64,000 nucleotides of DNA from Amphiscolops sp. MND2022 (taxonomy: Eukaryota), in contig OZ076409.1 in assembly GCA_964187785.1 (NCBI GenBank), forward strand, positions 71,426,001 to 71,490,000, written 5' to 3'. This document shows positions 41,197 through 54,590 of this stretch, piece after piece. The position numbers and the translations under genes were made by a program. Under the pieces are notes generated by a model. The model did no database searches. It saw only the letters and a program-made list of their open reading frames with translations, and was not told the DNA's origin. Position 1 is the first letter of the stretch; every line of letters begins with the position of its first letter.

Positions 41197-43185
41197 CTAG
41201 GTGGGCGGGGGTAATTCCCCAACAAAAAATTCGGCCGGCGGGTCGGGTCCTGCCGGCCGTCCAAAATCAAAATCCTCCTAGTAGAAAACGGCCGGTCAAA
41301 CGAGCTATTTTTTTATTTAACCGTTAGAATTTGGGTTTAGATTGCATGCGGCCATGAAATGGCCATACGAATCGAAGTTCCTGCTGACGTTTTGCGATTG
41401 AAACACTTTATAAAAAGTTATGGCCAATTTGTCAGTCACCTAGAAGGGCAAAATGAGGAAAATTTCAACAAAGTCGCTGATAACTCAAAATGTGTTAATT
41501 TTTGGACTTTGACTGTGAAACAAGCTTGGAACCTTCATTTCGTTGCTGTGGCATTGCACTGAACACAAAAGATGTAAAGTTTTTACATTTTTTGAAAATT
41601 GGACATTTTTGAAATTTTTTTCACTACTATCAGTACCCCATATGTCAAAAACACCTCAGAAAAAAATTTTTATTTGCTTTAAATTGGATACCTTGGTATC
41701 CATGGTTTCTGTCGGAACCTACTCGCAGCCAAACACCCAACAGTTTGCATCCAATGTGAAATAAAAAATTTTTTCGAGGTCATAAGCGTTTCACAAGGTT
41801 TTCATGATTTAGTATTAAATTACATAGTGGTCATTTTAAACATAAAATTTTGGTCCAGGCATGTCGGATATAGTCTGAATGCTCACGAACGGTCCTACTG
41901 GCAACGTAGGAACCATTTATAGTAATAAAAAGTATTAAAAAATTTTTTTCACCCGGTCTTCAGTCATTTTTCAGACATTCGGAACTTAACTTAGAAAAAT
42001 TTCGACCAAAATACCCATTTTTGTCAGGTCGAAAATTCAAATTCAGCTTTTTAAGCAAAATTATTAAATCTGACGTAACCAGTGGGGCCAATGAAACTCA
42101 AAACCGCAATAGACACTGGTATGAATGGCTCCAATAACATATGAGTCGCGATAAGACGTTATTTTGAGCAATACGTCTCAATTGAGGTAAACATCTCGCA
42201 AGCCTGGGATCACAGTGAAATGTAATTTCATCAAAAAATTACTCATTTTCGTCAATCACTATGTGCATAGAGTGGGTAGGGTGAGTTCCAACACTATAAT
42301 GAGGTTTTTGAAGGCATCGGGTTGCTCAAGGGGTGGTATGAGTCATTACTTTCCTATATACAACTGTATTTTCAAAAAGTTTTAGCCCATTATCTGGAAA
42401 AACTAACTTGACAAAATACTTTCAATTACTTTATTCAAAAGTTACAATATAGATGAACACTGTGGTTGATCAGAAACTTTCATCGCTTTCGTTTTCCGAA
42501 ATAACTCCTTTCAAATGTGTTACATTTGTAGCAGGAAAAAAAACTGAAACTAAAAAATACGCGATTTTGCTGAGATAGAATCGCAATGGTTGCGCCTAAA
42601 ATCTCTTTAAATACTTCTAACGCGACCTTACGGACCCAAAATGATTGAAAATGCCATTCACAATGCTGACATGTGCTCTTTCTACGATCCTGGCTGGACA
42701 AGTTTTGCATTTTTTTCAAGTACCTGTTAACTGAACATTGTGATAGCCTTTCAAGTTGGCCTTGTGTCAACTTGGGAAGGCTGTCACATCAAAAAACTGT
42801 CAACAAAAATACCATTTGTTTATAGGATATTGCTGTCGATGCTTCACTTCGTGATTCGATCATGTCGTGAGTTCCTTCCATCAGGTCAGCTAACATTTGG
42901 ATTCAGTGTTGGATAAGAACCTATGATTTTCATGACAATTTTAGTTCTTTTTTGCTAACAAAAAGTACAAATAAATGATATAAAACATATTTGTAACCTT
43001 TAGGAAGTTTAACTTTACCTTTATTTACTGTTACCATCGCCACCCACCCCCTACGACCTCGCAGTGTCCTGATTAAAACGCCACATAGTGTAGCGACGCC
43101 CACAGTCTGTGGGCATGCCGAGGCATGCCCTTCGACGACGTATGGCAAATATAGCGTTAGCCCGCGGTCACTACCGCGGTAGCAG
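41197..43185 (+). mobile_element. Cassette U15 (1989 bp, 2.0-kb class)
   Basis: Head shared with U5, 3' body shared with U3; type A hairpin ~42739-42788; core hairpin at 43111. Confidence 0.6.
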
Positions 43186-44461
43186 CTAGGTGCCGGTGTA
43201 TTTTTACACAATGGGGGATGTTGCGCGTGTGGGGAGGGTCCCTGACGCGCTTCCGTGGTTTCGGGTCTTCTAACCTATGATAGCGTGACACCTGACTTCG
43301 ATCTCGTAAACTAGCCGTACGATTTGGCTGAAATTTGGCACACGTACCCCCCTCGGCACGGTGAAGATGATTTCCTACTGACGTTTTTCCCGCTAAACAT
43401 TTTTTGTTGACCAAAATAACGGTTTTTGGGGTAAAATTTTCAACTTTTTTTAAGATTCGTCTTATATCTCGCCACGGGTACACGCTAGCGCTTCCAAACC
43501 TTGCTGACGAAACCTTGCAAACTGTCTCAGGAATGCGGTGTGAAATTTTCAGCTCAATCGGACTTAAACTCGGGGAGATATAGCGTTTTTCCGGAGCGGG
43601 GGGGTTTCATTTTTCTAACGGTCCAGCTTATCTTTGCCATTTTTTCGAAAATGCACTCGCCTAAAGGCCTCCCCTGGCCGGTTTTATTCCCAACAAAACC
43701 ATTTGGCCCTAAATACGGAGTTTCAGCGTTCCAGCATTCCCGGGCGAAAAGTTGTGGGACTTAGAAAAGTTCAAAAATTTTCAAAAAAATTTTTTTCCGT
43801 TATTTGGGCCCTCAAAGTGGGGGAAAAGACCCCCCAACCAGTAAAGCAAGTGAATGCATGTGGAAAGCCCTTGTTTAGACGAGAAAAATGCCGTTTAGAA
43901 CGTCTTTTTATCTTAACTTGACATTGACTTTTGTCGTTTTGAAGGTGACCGTTAGATACGGAAAATTGATGTTTTGAGTATTTATCCCATCTGAAAGCCA
44001 TTGAGATACAACATGTTTTGCTCAAAACGTGTTTCATTGCAGTTTCGCTGTCCATTATTACCCTTTGGTGTCTTTTCACGTAATTTTCGTTTCTATAATA
44101 ACAATTTTTTTGTGTATTTATTCATTTTTTTCTCATCAAATAACTTGAAACAGTTGAGTACATTCCATCTCCCTTCCCGGGGGAGATGAGAATGTACTCG
44201 CTAAAGGTCAGGAACTACGGTCTATATCTTCCACAACACAAAAGGGATTGCAAATGGTTTCCGTTTGTCGCAGAAAACTTCTTTTTGCCCTCTGTGACTC
44301 GACAAAATGAACGTTTCTTACTTACTTTGAAACTCAGCATACCACAACTCATCTCTAACGTCAGCGCCCCCCTACTTGCATCAACGCCCACCGTCCGTGG
44401 GCATGCCGAGGCATGCCCTTCGACGACGTATGCCCAAGATATACCCCGAGCGCGGTAGCAG
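43186..44461 (+). mobile_element. Cassette U16 (1276 bp, 1.27-kb class)
   Basis: Begins at a variant junction CTAGGTGC; type B hairpin 44156-44199; core hairpin at 44399. Confidence 0.6.
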
Positions 44462-45848
44462 CTAGGTGGTCGGGGCGGTCCCCAGAACGCACATGGAGGC
44501 GCGGGGAGGGTCCTGCGCCGACGTAGAATAATTTCATAAAATACTATTATCCTACATGGGTGTTTTGGAAGCGATTTTGGAACCTACCCGTCAGATTTGG
44601 ATAATTTTTTGCATGCGGCCATAACTCGAAATTCTAAGAACTTTTTCCCTCTGTCATTTCCCCCGCAAATTGTTTTTTGTTGACTTATGGCCGAAAAACC
44701 GGAAATAACGTCCTTTTTAGACGTTATATCCGAAGTGTCGTCATAACTTTTTTCCAGGGCATGCTAGCGTTCTCGTTCACTTTTACACTTAGTTGCAGCA
44801 TCTCAAAATACAACTGGTGGAAAATTTTGGTTGCATTCGGATCACCCCCCACCAAGATATAAGGGTTCCCCCCTCCAGTTTTACCCCCCAAATTTGCAAA
44901 AAAGCCAATTTTGAGCCTGAAGCCGAGGATTTAGCGTACCCGCACCCTCCTGATGTTTTGTTGTACGTATTGGGATCAATCTGACGACATGTGTGGTTTC
45001 CACCCCCAACCCCCCCTGGGACCGGAAATGACACTTTTTTGTGTTTTTTGGCAGAATTTAGCCTTTTTCATTATTAGGCAGTCGTTTTAGGGACTTCTTG
45101 CAGGATATCGAAATTGAAATACAACCTGATCACAACCCAGTGACAACATGTTGGCGTTTGGAGAGATCATCATGACCGGAAGTGGGGTCAACCCCCCTTT
45201 TTGTGACCGCTTTTTGACCTTGTGCACCAAAATGCCAACAACTTGAGGCCTAATGAGGCATTCAAATCTGTACAAAGATAAAATGTTAGACAACCGAAGT
45301 CCCGGAAGATCTTTAGCATATACCGGAAGTTACCCCCCATGACCGGAAGTTACCCAATGTGACCGGAAATGGTCCAAAAATTAATGTAAAGTTGAATTTT
45401 TCTCTATTTCAAGACCACTTCATAGAACATTTTCATTCTAAAAACTAGCGTACGGGCTTGTTTTGCTGAATTTGTGGAAATTGATGAGCTCTCTCACCCC
45501 CGATAGCCTTCGAAGTTGACCTTGCGTCAACTTTGGAGGCTATCGATACTGAAAATGAACAACAAAGTACATTGTTGCTTTCGGTTTTTTCCCGTTGTTT
45601 TTCCTCAAACATTCTTGAGACATATACATGGCTGTTAGTTGAAATCAATATTTAGCCCATGTTATAGCTGGAGCAGCGAAGCGTTACACAGAGTAGTGTG
45701 GTTTTGAAATTACATTATTTAAATTAACAGTTGACCGTCTTAGTCAACTCCACACTTTCATACCAACGCCCACCGTCTGTGGGCATGCCGAGGCATGCCC
45801 TTCGACGACGTATGACGAATCCACTCCAACGACGCCCGCAGTCCTCAG
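44462..45848 (+). mobile_element. Cassette U17 (1387 bp, 1.39-kb class)
   Basis: Near-identical to U20 with different neighbours; type A hairpin 45501-45545; core hairpin at 45781. Confidence 0.65.
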
Positions 45849-48638
45849 CTAGGTGGCGGGGGGCTGTCCCCAATAGAATATAGTGAGGTAGGGTAGGGTT
45901 CCCTACCGAACATTCAGTACTGAAAGACTCTTGTAGTATGAAAATTTTTCGATGTTTTGAGACCGATTTCGGATTCCACCCGTCAGAAGTTTATGATTTT
46001 TTGGCCCCCACCCAGATTTTGGGCACTGATCGCCCCCCACCAGGTTCCATACCCGTGGTTTCGTTGTGACGGGTACACGAGCGACCGTTAGGGGTCAATC
46101 AGGGGGTAAAATTTATAAAAGTGTGAATAACTTTTCCCCCCGTCGTTTTAGCAGGTCCGGTCACTAGTAAAGGTTTGTTGGGCATCATGCAGTGGGTACG
46201 GGGGGCCAAACAAAAATTTTCTATCTTGCACCGTTACGGACTTGGCCCCCGCCCAAACCGCTATTTTACCGGAAATTGCACTTTTTGACCGGGAAGGAGT
46301 CGTCTGAGCGCGGAGTCATTTGGTAATGTTTTGTAGAGCATCTGGAGACGTGGTGGGGGACATGTAGTTTGCCGACCCCAGTTTACCCCTCGGACGGGAA
46401 ATGACCGTTATGTGAGTTTCAAAAATGCCCCCCTCCAATTTTCCCCGCAATTTCCGGTGTGAAGGAGTCGGAATAGCGTGTCGAGTGCTATACATCAAAA
46501 GTAGCTTTAAACAAGGACCTATCAGAAACATGTGGTTTGGGACCCTTTGAACGGACCCGTTAGCCGGAAATAGGGTGACCGCCTCCTTTTTTTGGTGGTA
46601 AAACCGTAAAACGGGCATTAAAGTGTAATTATCTCGTGAACGCGTGGAGCAATCGTGTCCATCACTCCTACAAGGTTTCATACCCATGACATGGTGCCTT
46701 CAGGGGGGCAAACAGATCAGCGCTATCTATCACCGTTACGGACTTTGCCCCCCAGCCTAACCGCTATATTACCGGAAATTGCCCTTTTTGACCGGGAAGG
46801 AGTCGTCTGAGAGTGGAGTCGTTAAGTAATGTTTTGTAGAGCATCTAGAGACGTGTTGGGGGACATGTAGTTTGCCGACCCCGGTTTACCCCTCGGACGG
46901 GAAATTACCGTTATGTGAGTTTTAAAATTGACCCCCTTCAACTTTCCCCGTTATTTCCGATGTGAAGGAGTGAGGGTAGCGCGTCGGGTGTCATATATCA
47001 AAAGTAGGTTAAGACAAGGACCAACCGGGAACATGTTGTTTGGGACCCTCTGGCCCAACCCGTTAGTCGTTATAAGGGTGATCGCCTCCTTTTTTTACTG
47101 CTAAAACCGGAAAACGGGCATTGAGGGGTAAATATCTCGTGAACGCGTGGAGCAATCGTGTCCATCACTACTACAAGGTTTCATACCCATGATACGGTGC
47201 CTTCAGGGGGGAAAACAGATTACCGCTATATATCACCGTTACGGACTTGGCCCCCCAGCCTAACCGCTATGTGACCGGAAATGTCATTTTTTGAGCCAAA
47301 AGGGTTGGTCCCAGCGTGGGAACGTCAGGTAACTTTATGTAGAACTCAATGAGACGAGTTGGGGGATATAGTTTTAGTCACCCCCCGTTGACCCGTTGGA
47401 CCGGAAACGACCGTTATGTAGTGAAAAATGTTATTTTTATACTTTTTGAAGGCCATTTAGGGCAGGAAGTATCGGTAATATGTCTTTGGACAGTATACAA
47501 TGAAAGTTTTGGTGTGAAACGAGCAATCTGAAATAACCGTTATTATGATTCGGAAGTCACACTAACAGCGAAAATGACCGTTATGTAGTGAAAATTTTTT
47601 TCACAATTTTTTTTATTTTCGATAGGTCCTTCAAGCCAGGAAGTAGCTGTATTAGGTCTTTGGTCACTTTATGATGATTGTGGTGTTGTGAGATGACCGT
47701 ACGAACTTGACCGTTATAATGCCCCTGAAGTTGCGGCGGCACGAGAAATTTCAGAAAGTTTGTCTTTTCTGTGTTTTGTTGGAATAAACATGTAATTTCA
47801 TCAAACCAAAGTGCATTCAGGGTGTCAGAAAGCTTCAAGAAAAGAATTTGACAGGAAACATGAGGTGAGAAATAGGAAAATGCCACGGAAATCCAACCCG
47901 TTGGGAAGTAAAGATAATAAATTGGTTTGGAAGTGCCAATCGACGTGTAATTGCGGATCATAGCTACGATATTGTCTCTTTTGTTTCTTTTTGAAGACTT
48001 TGAACATTTTCACTTTATCAGCTTGAAGTTTCGACTCCATTAACTCAATAACCGTTACAATATGATAGCCCTCAAGTTGACCTTGTGTCAACTTGAAAGG
48101 GCTATCCTTTCACAACTGCGCAGCGACAGTGTGATTGAGTGTTTTTGTTATTATCCATAGCCAATTTGAACTTCAACAAAAGTTTAACCATAGTTAAAAA
48201 ATTTCATATGATTCTTTTAAAAGGATAAGTAAGAAACAAATGTTTGACAAAAAACTTTCAACCTTTAATTTGTGGACTGAATATCAGGAAAACCATGTCT
48301 CCTAACGTTGTTGGATGAAATTCAACATGATTCTTTTAATAGGATAACAAAGTTTGACAACATATTTTTTTATATTCTTTCGTTGGTGCTCTACATTTTA
48401 GGAAAACGAATTTTCCAACAAATATTGTTGGCTGATGCCTGTTCATAGTGGCTTGAAAATTTCACCAATTGTAATGCTTTTTATCAAAGGTGAAACCGCT
48501 CCTTACCGTCGCATAATGTAATTCAAGCCGACGCCCACATGCCAACATCAACGCCCACCGTCCGTAGGCATGCCGAGGCATGCCTTTCGACGACGTATGC
48601 CAAATCACGCCCCTGCGAGGTCACTAAAGCGGTAGCGG
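45849..48638 (+). mobile_element. Cassette U18 (2790 bp, 2.79-kb class)
   Basis: Copy of U2; type A hairpin 48064-48106; core hairpin at 48566. Confidence 0.65.
46226..47285 (+). repeat. ~503-bp tandem duplication inside U18
   Basis: CACCGTTACGGACTT at 46229, 46731 and 47234. Confidence 0.85.
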
Positions 48639-50825
48639 CTAGGTGGAGGTTATTTTATAATAATTAAAGTGTTTTTTTCCGGAGTTTGTGGCTTTGGAAA
48701 AAACAAAAGGCGAGAAATTGGGCACTCCGGGCTGAACCGTATACACTCAAAATTCGCCCAATATTTATACGATCTCGAAACCCAGCCGTACGATTTGGCT
48801 GAAAATTTGCATGCGGCTAAAAAATCAGATTCTAAGAACTATTTCCTGCTGACATTTTTTTGAAATTTTTGTGTACGTTTCCCCCCCGCCCCCTAAAGGG
48901 GTCAATTTTCCCCAATTTTGCACTTTTTAGTCAAATTCTCAGAACTGGTGGATCTGAGCTTTTTCCCGATGGGGACAACTTTTAACAAGCGCTGTTCAGT
49001 AGACCTTTTTGACTTTTTACTTTGGTGGTACGTTCACCCCCCAAGGAGGAAATGGCGTTTTTGTGACTTCCGGTCGAGACTTTTTTCACCCAAAAAATAG
49101 AAATAAGCCAGTTTTGAGCAGGAAGGAGTGGATATAAAGTGTCTGTACCCTGCTAAAAATTTGTGGGGCGTGTAGCGATATATCTCATACCAAGTCTGGT
49201 TTTCACCCCCGAACCCCCCTCGAGACCAAAATTCACCCAAACGTTTTACCTCTATTTGTGGTTTTTTCACAAAATGTCGTCATTTCCATCGGCAAAGATT
49301 TGAATTAGGGGCTCCTAATAGGGTACCAAAGTTCAAGTACACTTGGAGTGCAACTGAGTGACCCTTTTTGGGCCTCTCGTGTGTTCGGCAATAACCGGAA
49401 GTTGTATAAACCCCCCTTTTTTGACGTTTGTTGACCTTGAGACTCGCTCTTAGATGACGTTTATGTCTCGCAAATCCTACAAACCAGTATTAGAATGACA
49501 TGCTAGCCAACTAGAGAGCAATAAGGGAAACTATACTATACCGGAAGTAACCCCCTCTTGACCGGAAGTTGTCATTTTTGACCGGAAATGGTCCAAAACC
49601 TAGCGTGAAAGCTGTTTTTCATTGCTTTTAAAGTCAACTTATTACTTTTTTCACTCTGCGCGAGCTTGCCTTCAGGTTCGTTAGTGTTGCCCGTACACAC
49701 TGCAACAAATATACATCTGTAAAATTTTCGCTATAATATCGTCGGAGAGAGAAATAACGGGTTTTAGGGATTTTTTTTTTCAAAAATATTAGTGTTTATC
49801 TGTCATTTTTACCCAACGTTATTGAACAGTAGAACCATAGGGGTTAGTCTTCGCCCAAATATATGCCTAACAAAAGCACTTGTCCCATTGGTTGCAGTTT
49901 GGGCGTTTTAGCTTTGCCTGGTCACAAGTTAGGGGACTTGAAAAACTTTCAAAATCATTTCCGAATTTTTTTTCTAAACGTCACGTCTCCCAAAGTTAAG
50001 AAACTTCCTCACAACTAGGACCGCAAGTGAATGCATGTGGTTAGACCTATAAATGGAGAGAAAAACTCCGTTTAGAACATCTCTTTATCGTAACGTGACG
50101 TTAAGAGATGTTGCTTTGAATGTGAATTTGATAATGCGTCGAGAAGTAAAAGTGTGTAAATGGAACCTTTGTCTCGATAAATACTCCTCGCAATACATGC
50201 GATGAACCCCAATTACCCTCAGTTTCAGTTGCTTAGTACATCAACGTCTTCCAAGGACCTTTTATCTATTTTGAAAATGTCGAAATCATTATTAATATCA
50301 GTTATCAAGAAACACATGAGCACATTCTCATCTCTCCCCATCGGGTGAGGTGAGAATGTTCTTGCTGAAAGCCAGGTACTACGGCCCCCTTTTGTTTTAA
50401 TACGATGCATTCTCTGCTTTAGCTCATAGATATTTTTTTTCGCCTGATTGTTTGTATACTCTCTGACTTCTTGTTATAAATCTCTCGTCATTACTTTACA
50501 TAAATATACAACCAAAAATCATTATCGTCAACGCCACATACATTTAGACGCCCACCATTCCGTAGGTATGTCGAGGCATACCTTTCGATTACGTATGTCA
50601 AAACGCAAACGTGATAAAAAGTGCTGGAAGTCTCAAACAGTGACAAACAAATTTGACTACTTGAAATATGGGAGGTTTTTATATGGAACTTACACATAGC
50701 TGACATTTCACAACTTTGCAGCTGACGCCCACATGCCAACATCAACGCCCACCGTCCGTGGGCATGCCGAGGCATGCCCTTCGACGACGTATAGCAAATC
50801 CCTTTCACCGACGCGCACTCTCCCG
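48639..50825 (+). mobile_element. Cassette U19 (2187 bp, 2.19-kb class)
   Basis: Body closely similar to U26; type B hairpin 50318-50363; core hairpin at 50760. Confidence 0.6.
50529..50600 (+). other. Degenerate second copy of the core, 196 bp upstream of the true core
   Basis: CAACGCCACA...GACGCCCACC-attccgt-AGGTATGT-CGAG-GCATACCT-TTCGATTACGTATG, with no CTAGGTGG after it. Equivalents near 54320, 56690, 58860 and 63710. Confidence 0.8.
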
Positions 50826-52215
50826 CTAGGTGGTTGGGGCGGTCCCCAGAACGCACAAGGAGGCGCGGGGAGGGTCCTGCGCCGACGTAGAATAATTTCA
50901 TATAATACTAGTATCCTACATGGGTGTTTTAGAGGCGATTTTGGAATCTAACCGTAGGATTTGGATAATTTTTTGCATGCGGCCATAACTCGAAATTCTA
51001 AGAACTTTTTCCTACTGTCATTTTTCCCGCAAATTGTTTTTTGTTGACTTATGGCCGAAAAACCGGAAATAACGTCCTTTTTAGACGTTATATCCGAAGT
51101 GTCGTCATAACTTTTTTCCAGGGCATGCTAGCGTTCTCGTTCACTTTTACACTTAGTTGCAGCATCTCAAAATACAACTGGTGGAAAATTTTGGTTGCAT
51201 TCGGATCACCCCCCACCGACATAGAAGGGTTCCCCCCTCCAGTTTTACCCCCCAAATTTGCAAAATAGCCAATTTTGAGCATGAAGCCGAGGATTTAGCG
51301 TACCCGCACCCTCCTGATGTTTTGTTGTACGTATTAGGGTCAATCTGACGACATGTGTGGTTTTCACCCCCAACCCCCCCTTGGACCGGAAATGACACTT
51401 TTTTGTGTTTTTTGGCAGAATTTAGCCTTTTTCATTATTAGGCAGTCGTTTTAGGGACTCCTAGCAGGATATCGAAATTGAAATACAACCTGATCACAAC
51501 CCAGTGACAACATGTTGGCCACTTGGAGGTATCATCATGACCGGAAGTGGGGTCAACCCCCCTTTTTGTGACCGCTTTTTGACCTTGTGCACCAAAAATG
51601 CCAACATCTTGAGGCCTAATGAGGCATTCAAATCTGTACAAAGATAAAATGTTAGACAACCGAAGTCCCGGAAGATCTTTAGCATATACCGGAAGTTACC
51701 CCACATGACCGGAAGTTACCCAATGTGACCGGAAATGGTCCAAAAATTAATGTAAAGTTGAATTTTTCACTATTTCAAGACCACTTAATTGAAACTTTTC
51801 AATCTCAAAACTAGCGTACTGGCTTGTTTTGCTGAATTTATGGAAATTGATGAGCTCTATCGCCCCCGATAGCCTTCGAAGTTGACCTTGCGTCAACTTT
51901 GGAGGCTATCGATAAAGAAAAATGAACAACAAAGTACATTGTTGCTCTCGTTTTTTTCCCGTTGTTTTTCCTCAAACATTCTTGAGACATATACATGGCC
52001 GTTAGTTGAAATCAATATTTAGCCCATGTTATAGCTGGAGCAGCGAAGCGTTACACAGACTAGTGTGGTTTTGAAATCACACTATTTAAATTAACAACTG
52101 ACCGTCTTAGTCAACTCCACACATTCATACCAACGCCCACCGTCTGTGGGCATGCCGAGGCATGCCCTTCGACGACGTATGACGAATCCACTCCAACGAC
52201 GCCCGCAGTCCTCAG
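50826..52215 (+). mobile_element. Cassette U20 (1390 bp, 1.39-kb class)
   Basis: Copy of U17; type A hairpin 51867-51911; core hairpin at 52148. Confidence 0.65.
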
Positions 52216-54590
52216 CTAGGTGGTCGGGGTGTTTCCCAGCCGTTTTGGCCGCGCGGGGAGGGACCCGTTCAGCGGCCCAGGTAATTAAGATTTTGTCATT
52301 CAAAAAATGACCCATCCGGAAAGCGATTTCGAAACCCACCCGTAGGATCCCTCTGAATTTTTGCATGCACCTCCGTATAACAGATGTAAGTTAAAGTCAG
52401 CAAGAGCGTTTTCAGTTCTAAACGGGGAATGTTGACCAAAAAGCGCAATTTATGTCCAAAAAAATGCAATTTTTCGACTTTTTTATTTTTGACGGCCAAC
52501 AGCTCTTTTCCAGATGCCCGCCCAAGTCATAAATCGGAGTAAGCTTTTGTTGGGCACTTCGTGAAGAATCTTTAGGGTGATTTTCGTTTCATTCCTATTT
52601 CCTGACGTTGACTTATGGTTGGGTGAAAAAACGCAACATTTGTTACAAAAAGTGCTTTTGGTACTCAAGGGCCCATAACTCGTGACATAATCAATTGAGC
52701 AAGTTCGTGTATACTTACGATTTTGTTGCCTATCTATAGGAGAACAAACAAGCAGTGACAAAACTTTCTGTGGGAAGACGTCAAAAAAAGATATCACAGG
52801 TTTTATAATCAATAAAACAGTGTTTTTCGGTTGTCGTGGAAAAAATGTAAAAGGGTGGCATTTTTCGGCTGTTTAAGGTAGCGGGTATTTTATTGCTGTT
52901 ATTAACTCACCTCTAGTATTCATTTACTTGGATGATTTTCAATTTTGATAAATTACATGATAAACTTCATTTTTTGCGTCACCAATATTGACACCCACGA
53001 TTACAGTCATTTTTTTCGCGTTCACGTTTTTGAGTGGATATAACTTTTTTCCAGTGCGTTTTACGGTCATCATCCAGGAGCACAAAATTGTTGGCCGGCT
53101 TAAGCAGAAAATATATGGTAAGTTTAGAGTCATTTGAAACGTTTTTGAAATGTCCAGAGATGCACAAATTTACAGTTTTTTTGCCCACAAAACACTATTT
53201 TACGAAACCCAAAACTTTTTGCCAAAAAAGTCAAACTTTGTCCACACAACTTAGATTGCAAGTGAATGCATGCGGAGAGTACTTGAAATGGTGGGAAAAA
53301 TGAGCTATAGAACGCTCATTTACGACAACGTGACGTGGACTTAGGACATTTTGAAAAAGTACGAAAAAAAAGAACAACGGTTCCAAAACAATCAGTTTGT
53401 AGTAAATGGCCAATAACTCCATACACAACCTTCCGCGCAAGCTAGTGTCCAAGTACGTTTTTGTTACCCGTGAACAGCGCAACAAATAAGTAAAAGTAAA
53501 ACTTTATGTAGAGAATCGTCGGAGAAAGAAATAACGGGATTTTTTGTCACATTTAAGAGACAAAATTGAAAAATTAGTCTATTCCTGGCATTTTACCTAA
53601 ACTTTTTCGACAGTACACATACAGGAGGTAAAATTCGCCCAATACCATGCCTAACAAAACTATTTGATCCATTGGCCGCAATTTGAGCGTTCCACCTTTC
53701 CCCAGTCATAAATTATGGGACTTCGAAATTTTTCAAAATTTCCATTTTTCAACAAAATTTCAAATTCAGGCCTCCCAAAGGTAAGAAAGTTCCACACAAC
53801 TAGGATTGCAAGTGGTTGCATGTGGAAAGTGCTCGAACCGACGAGAAAAATGGGCTTTAGAACGTCTCTCTATCGTAACCTGACGTTGACTTATGATGTT
53901 TTGAATGTGAGACTGCTACGTGCTCGAGAAGTGTAAGTGGAACATATGTCTCGTTGAAAACTCATCGGAATACATTCAATGAACCCAATCACCCTAAATT
54001 GCAGTTTCCTAGTGCAACAACGTCTGTCAAGGACCTTTTTTGATAAGAGTCGAAATTATTATTAAATTCAGTTAGCAAGAAACACTTGAGTACATTCTCA
54101 TCTCTCCCCATCGGGGGAGATGAGAATGTACTTGCTAAAACGGCTTCTTTGTTTTCATGCGATGGATTCTGTGCCTTGCCACACATATAACTTTGTTTTG
54201 TGTGACCTTGCATTTATACTTTGACTTGTCATGATAAATTTCTTCTCGTAAATTTACGTAAATCAACAATGCATCTACAATGCATCTTCAACGTCAAAGC
54301 CAAATAAAAATAGCTGGCCACCGTCCGTAGGCAGAGCAAGGCATGCTTTTTGATGACGTATGCCGAAACACAAACGCGAACAAAACTGCTGAAAATCAGA
54401 AACAGTGACCAACAATTTTGACTGTTTGACATATGGTAGGTTTTTATATGGAACTTACACATCACTTATATTTCACAACATTTCAGCTGACGCCCACCTA
54501 CCACTATCAACGCGCACCGTCAGTGGGCATGCCGAGGCATGCCCTTCGACGACGTATGGCTAATACTTTCAGCGACGCCCCCGCCTACCC
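52216..54590 (+). mobile_element. Cassette U21 (2375 bp, 2.37-kb class)
   Basis: Similar to adjacent U22; type B hairpin 54088-54133; core hairpin at 54525. Confidence 0.6.
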
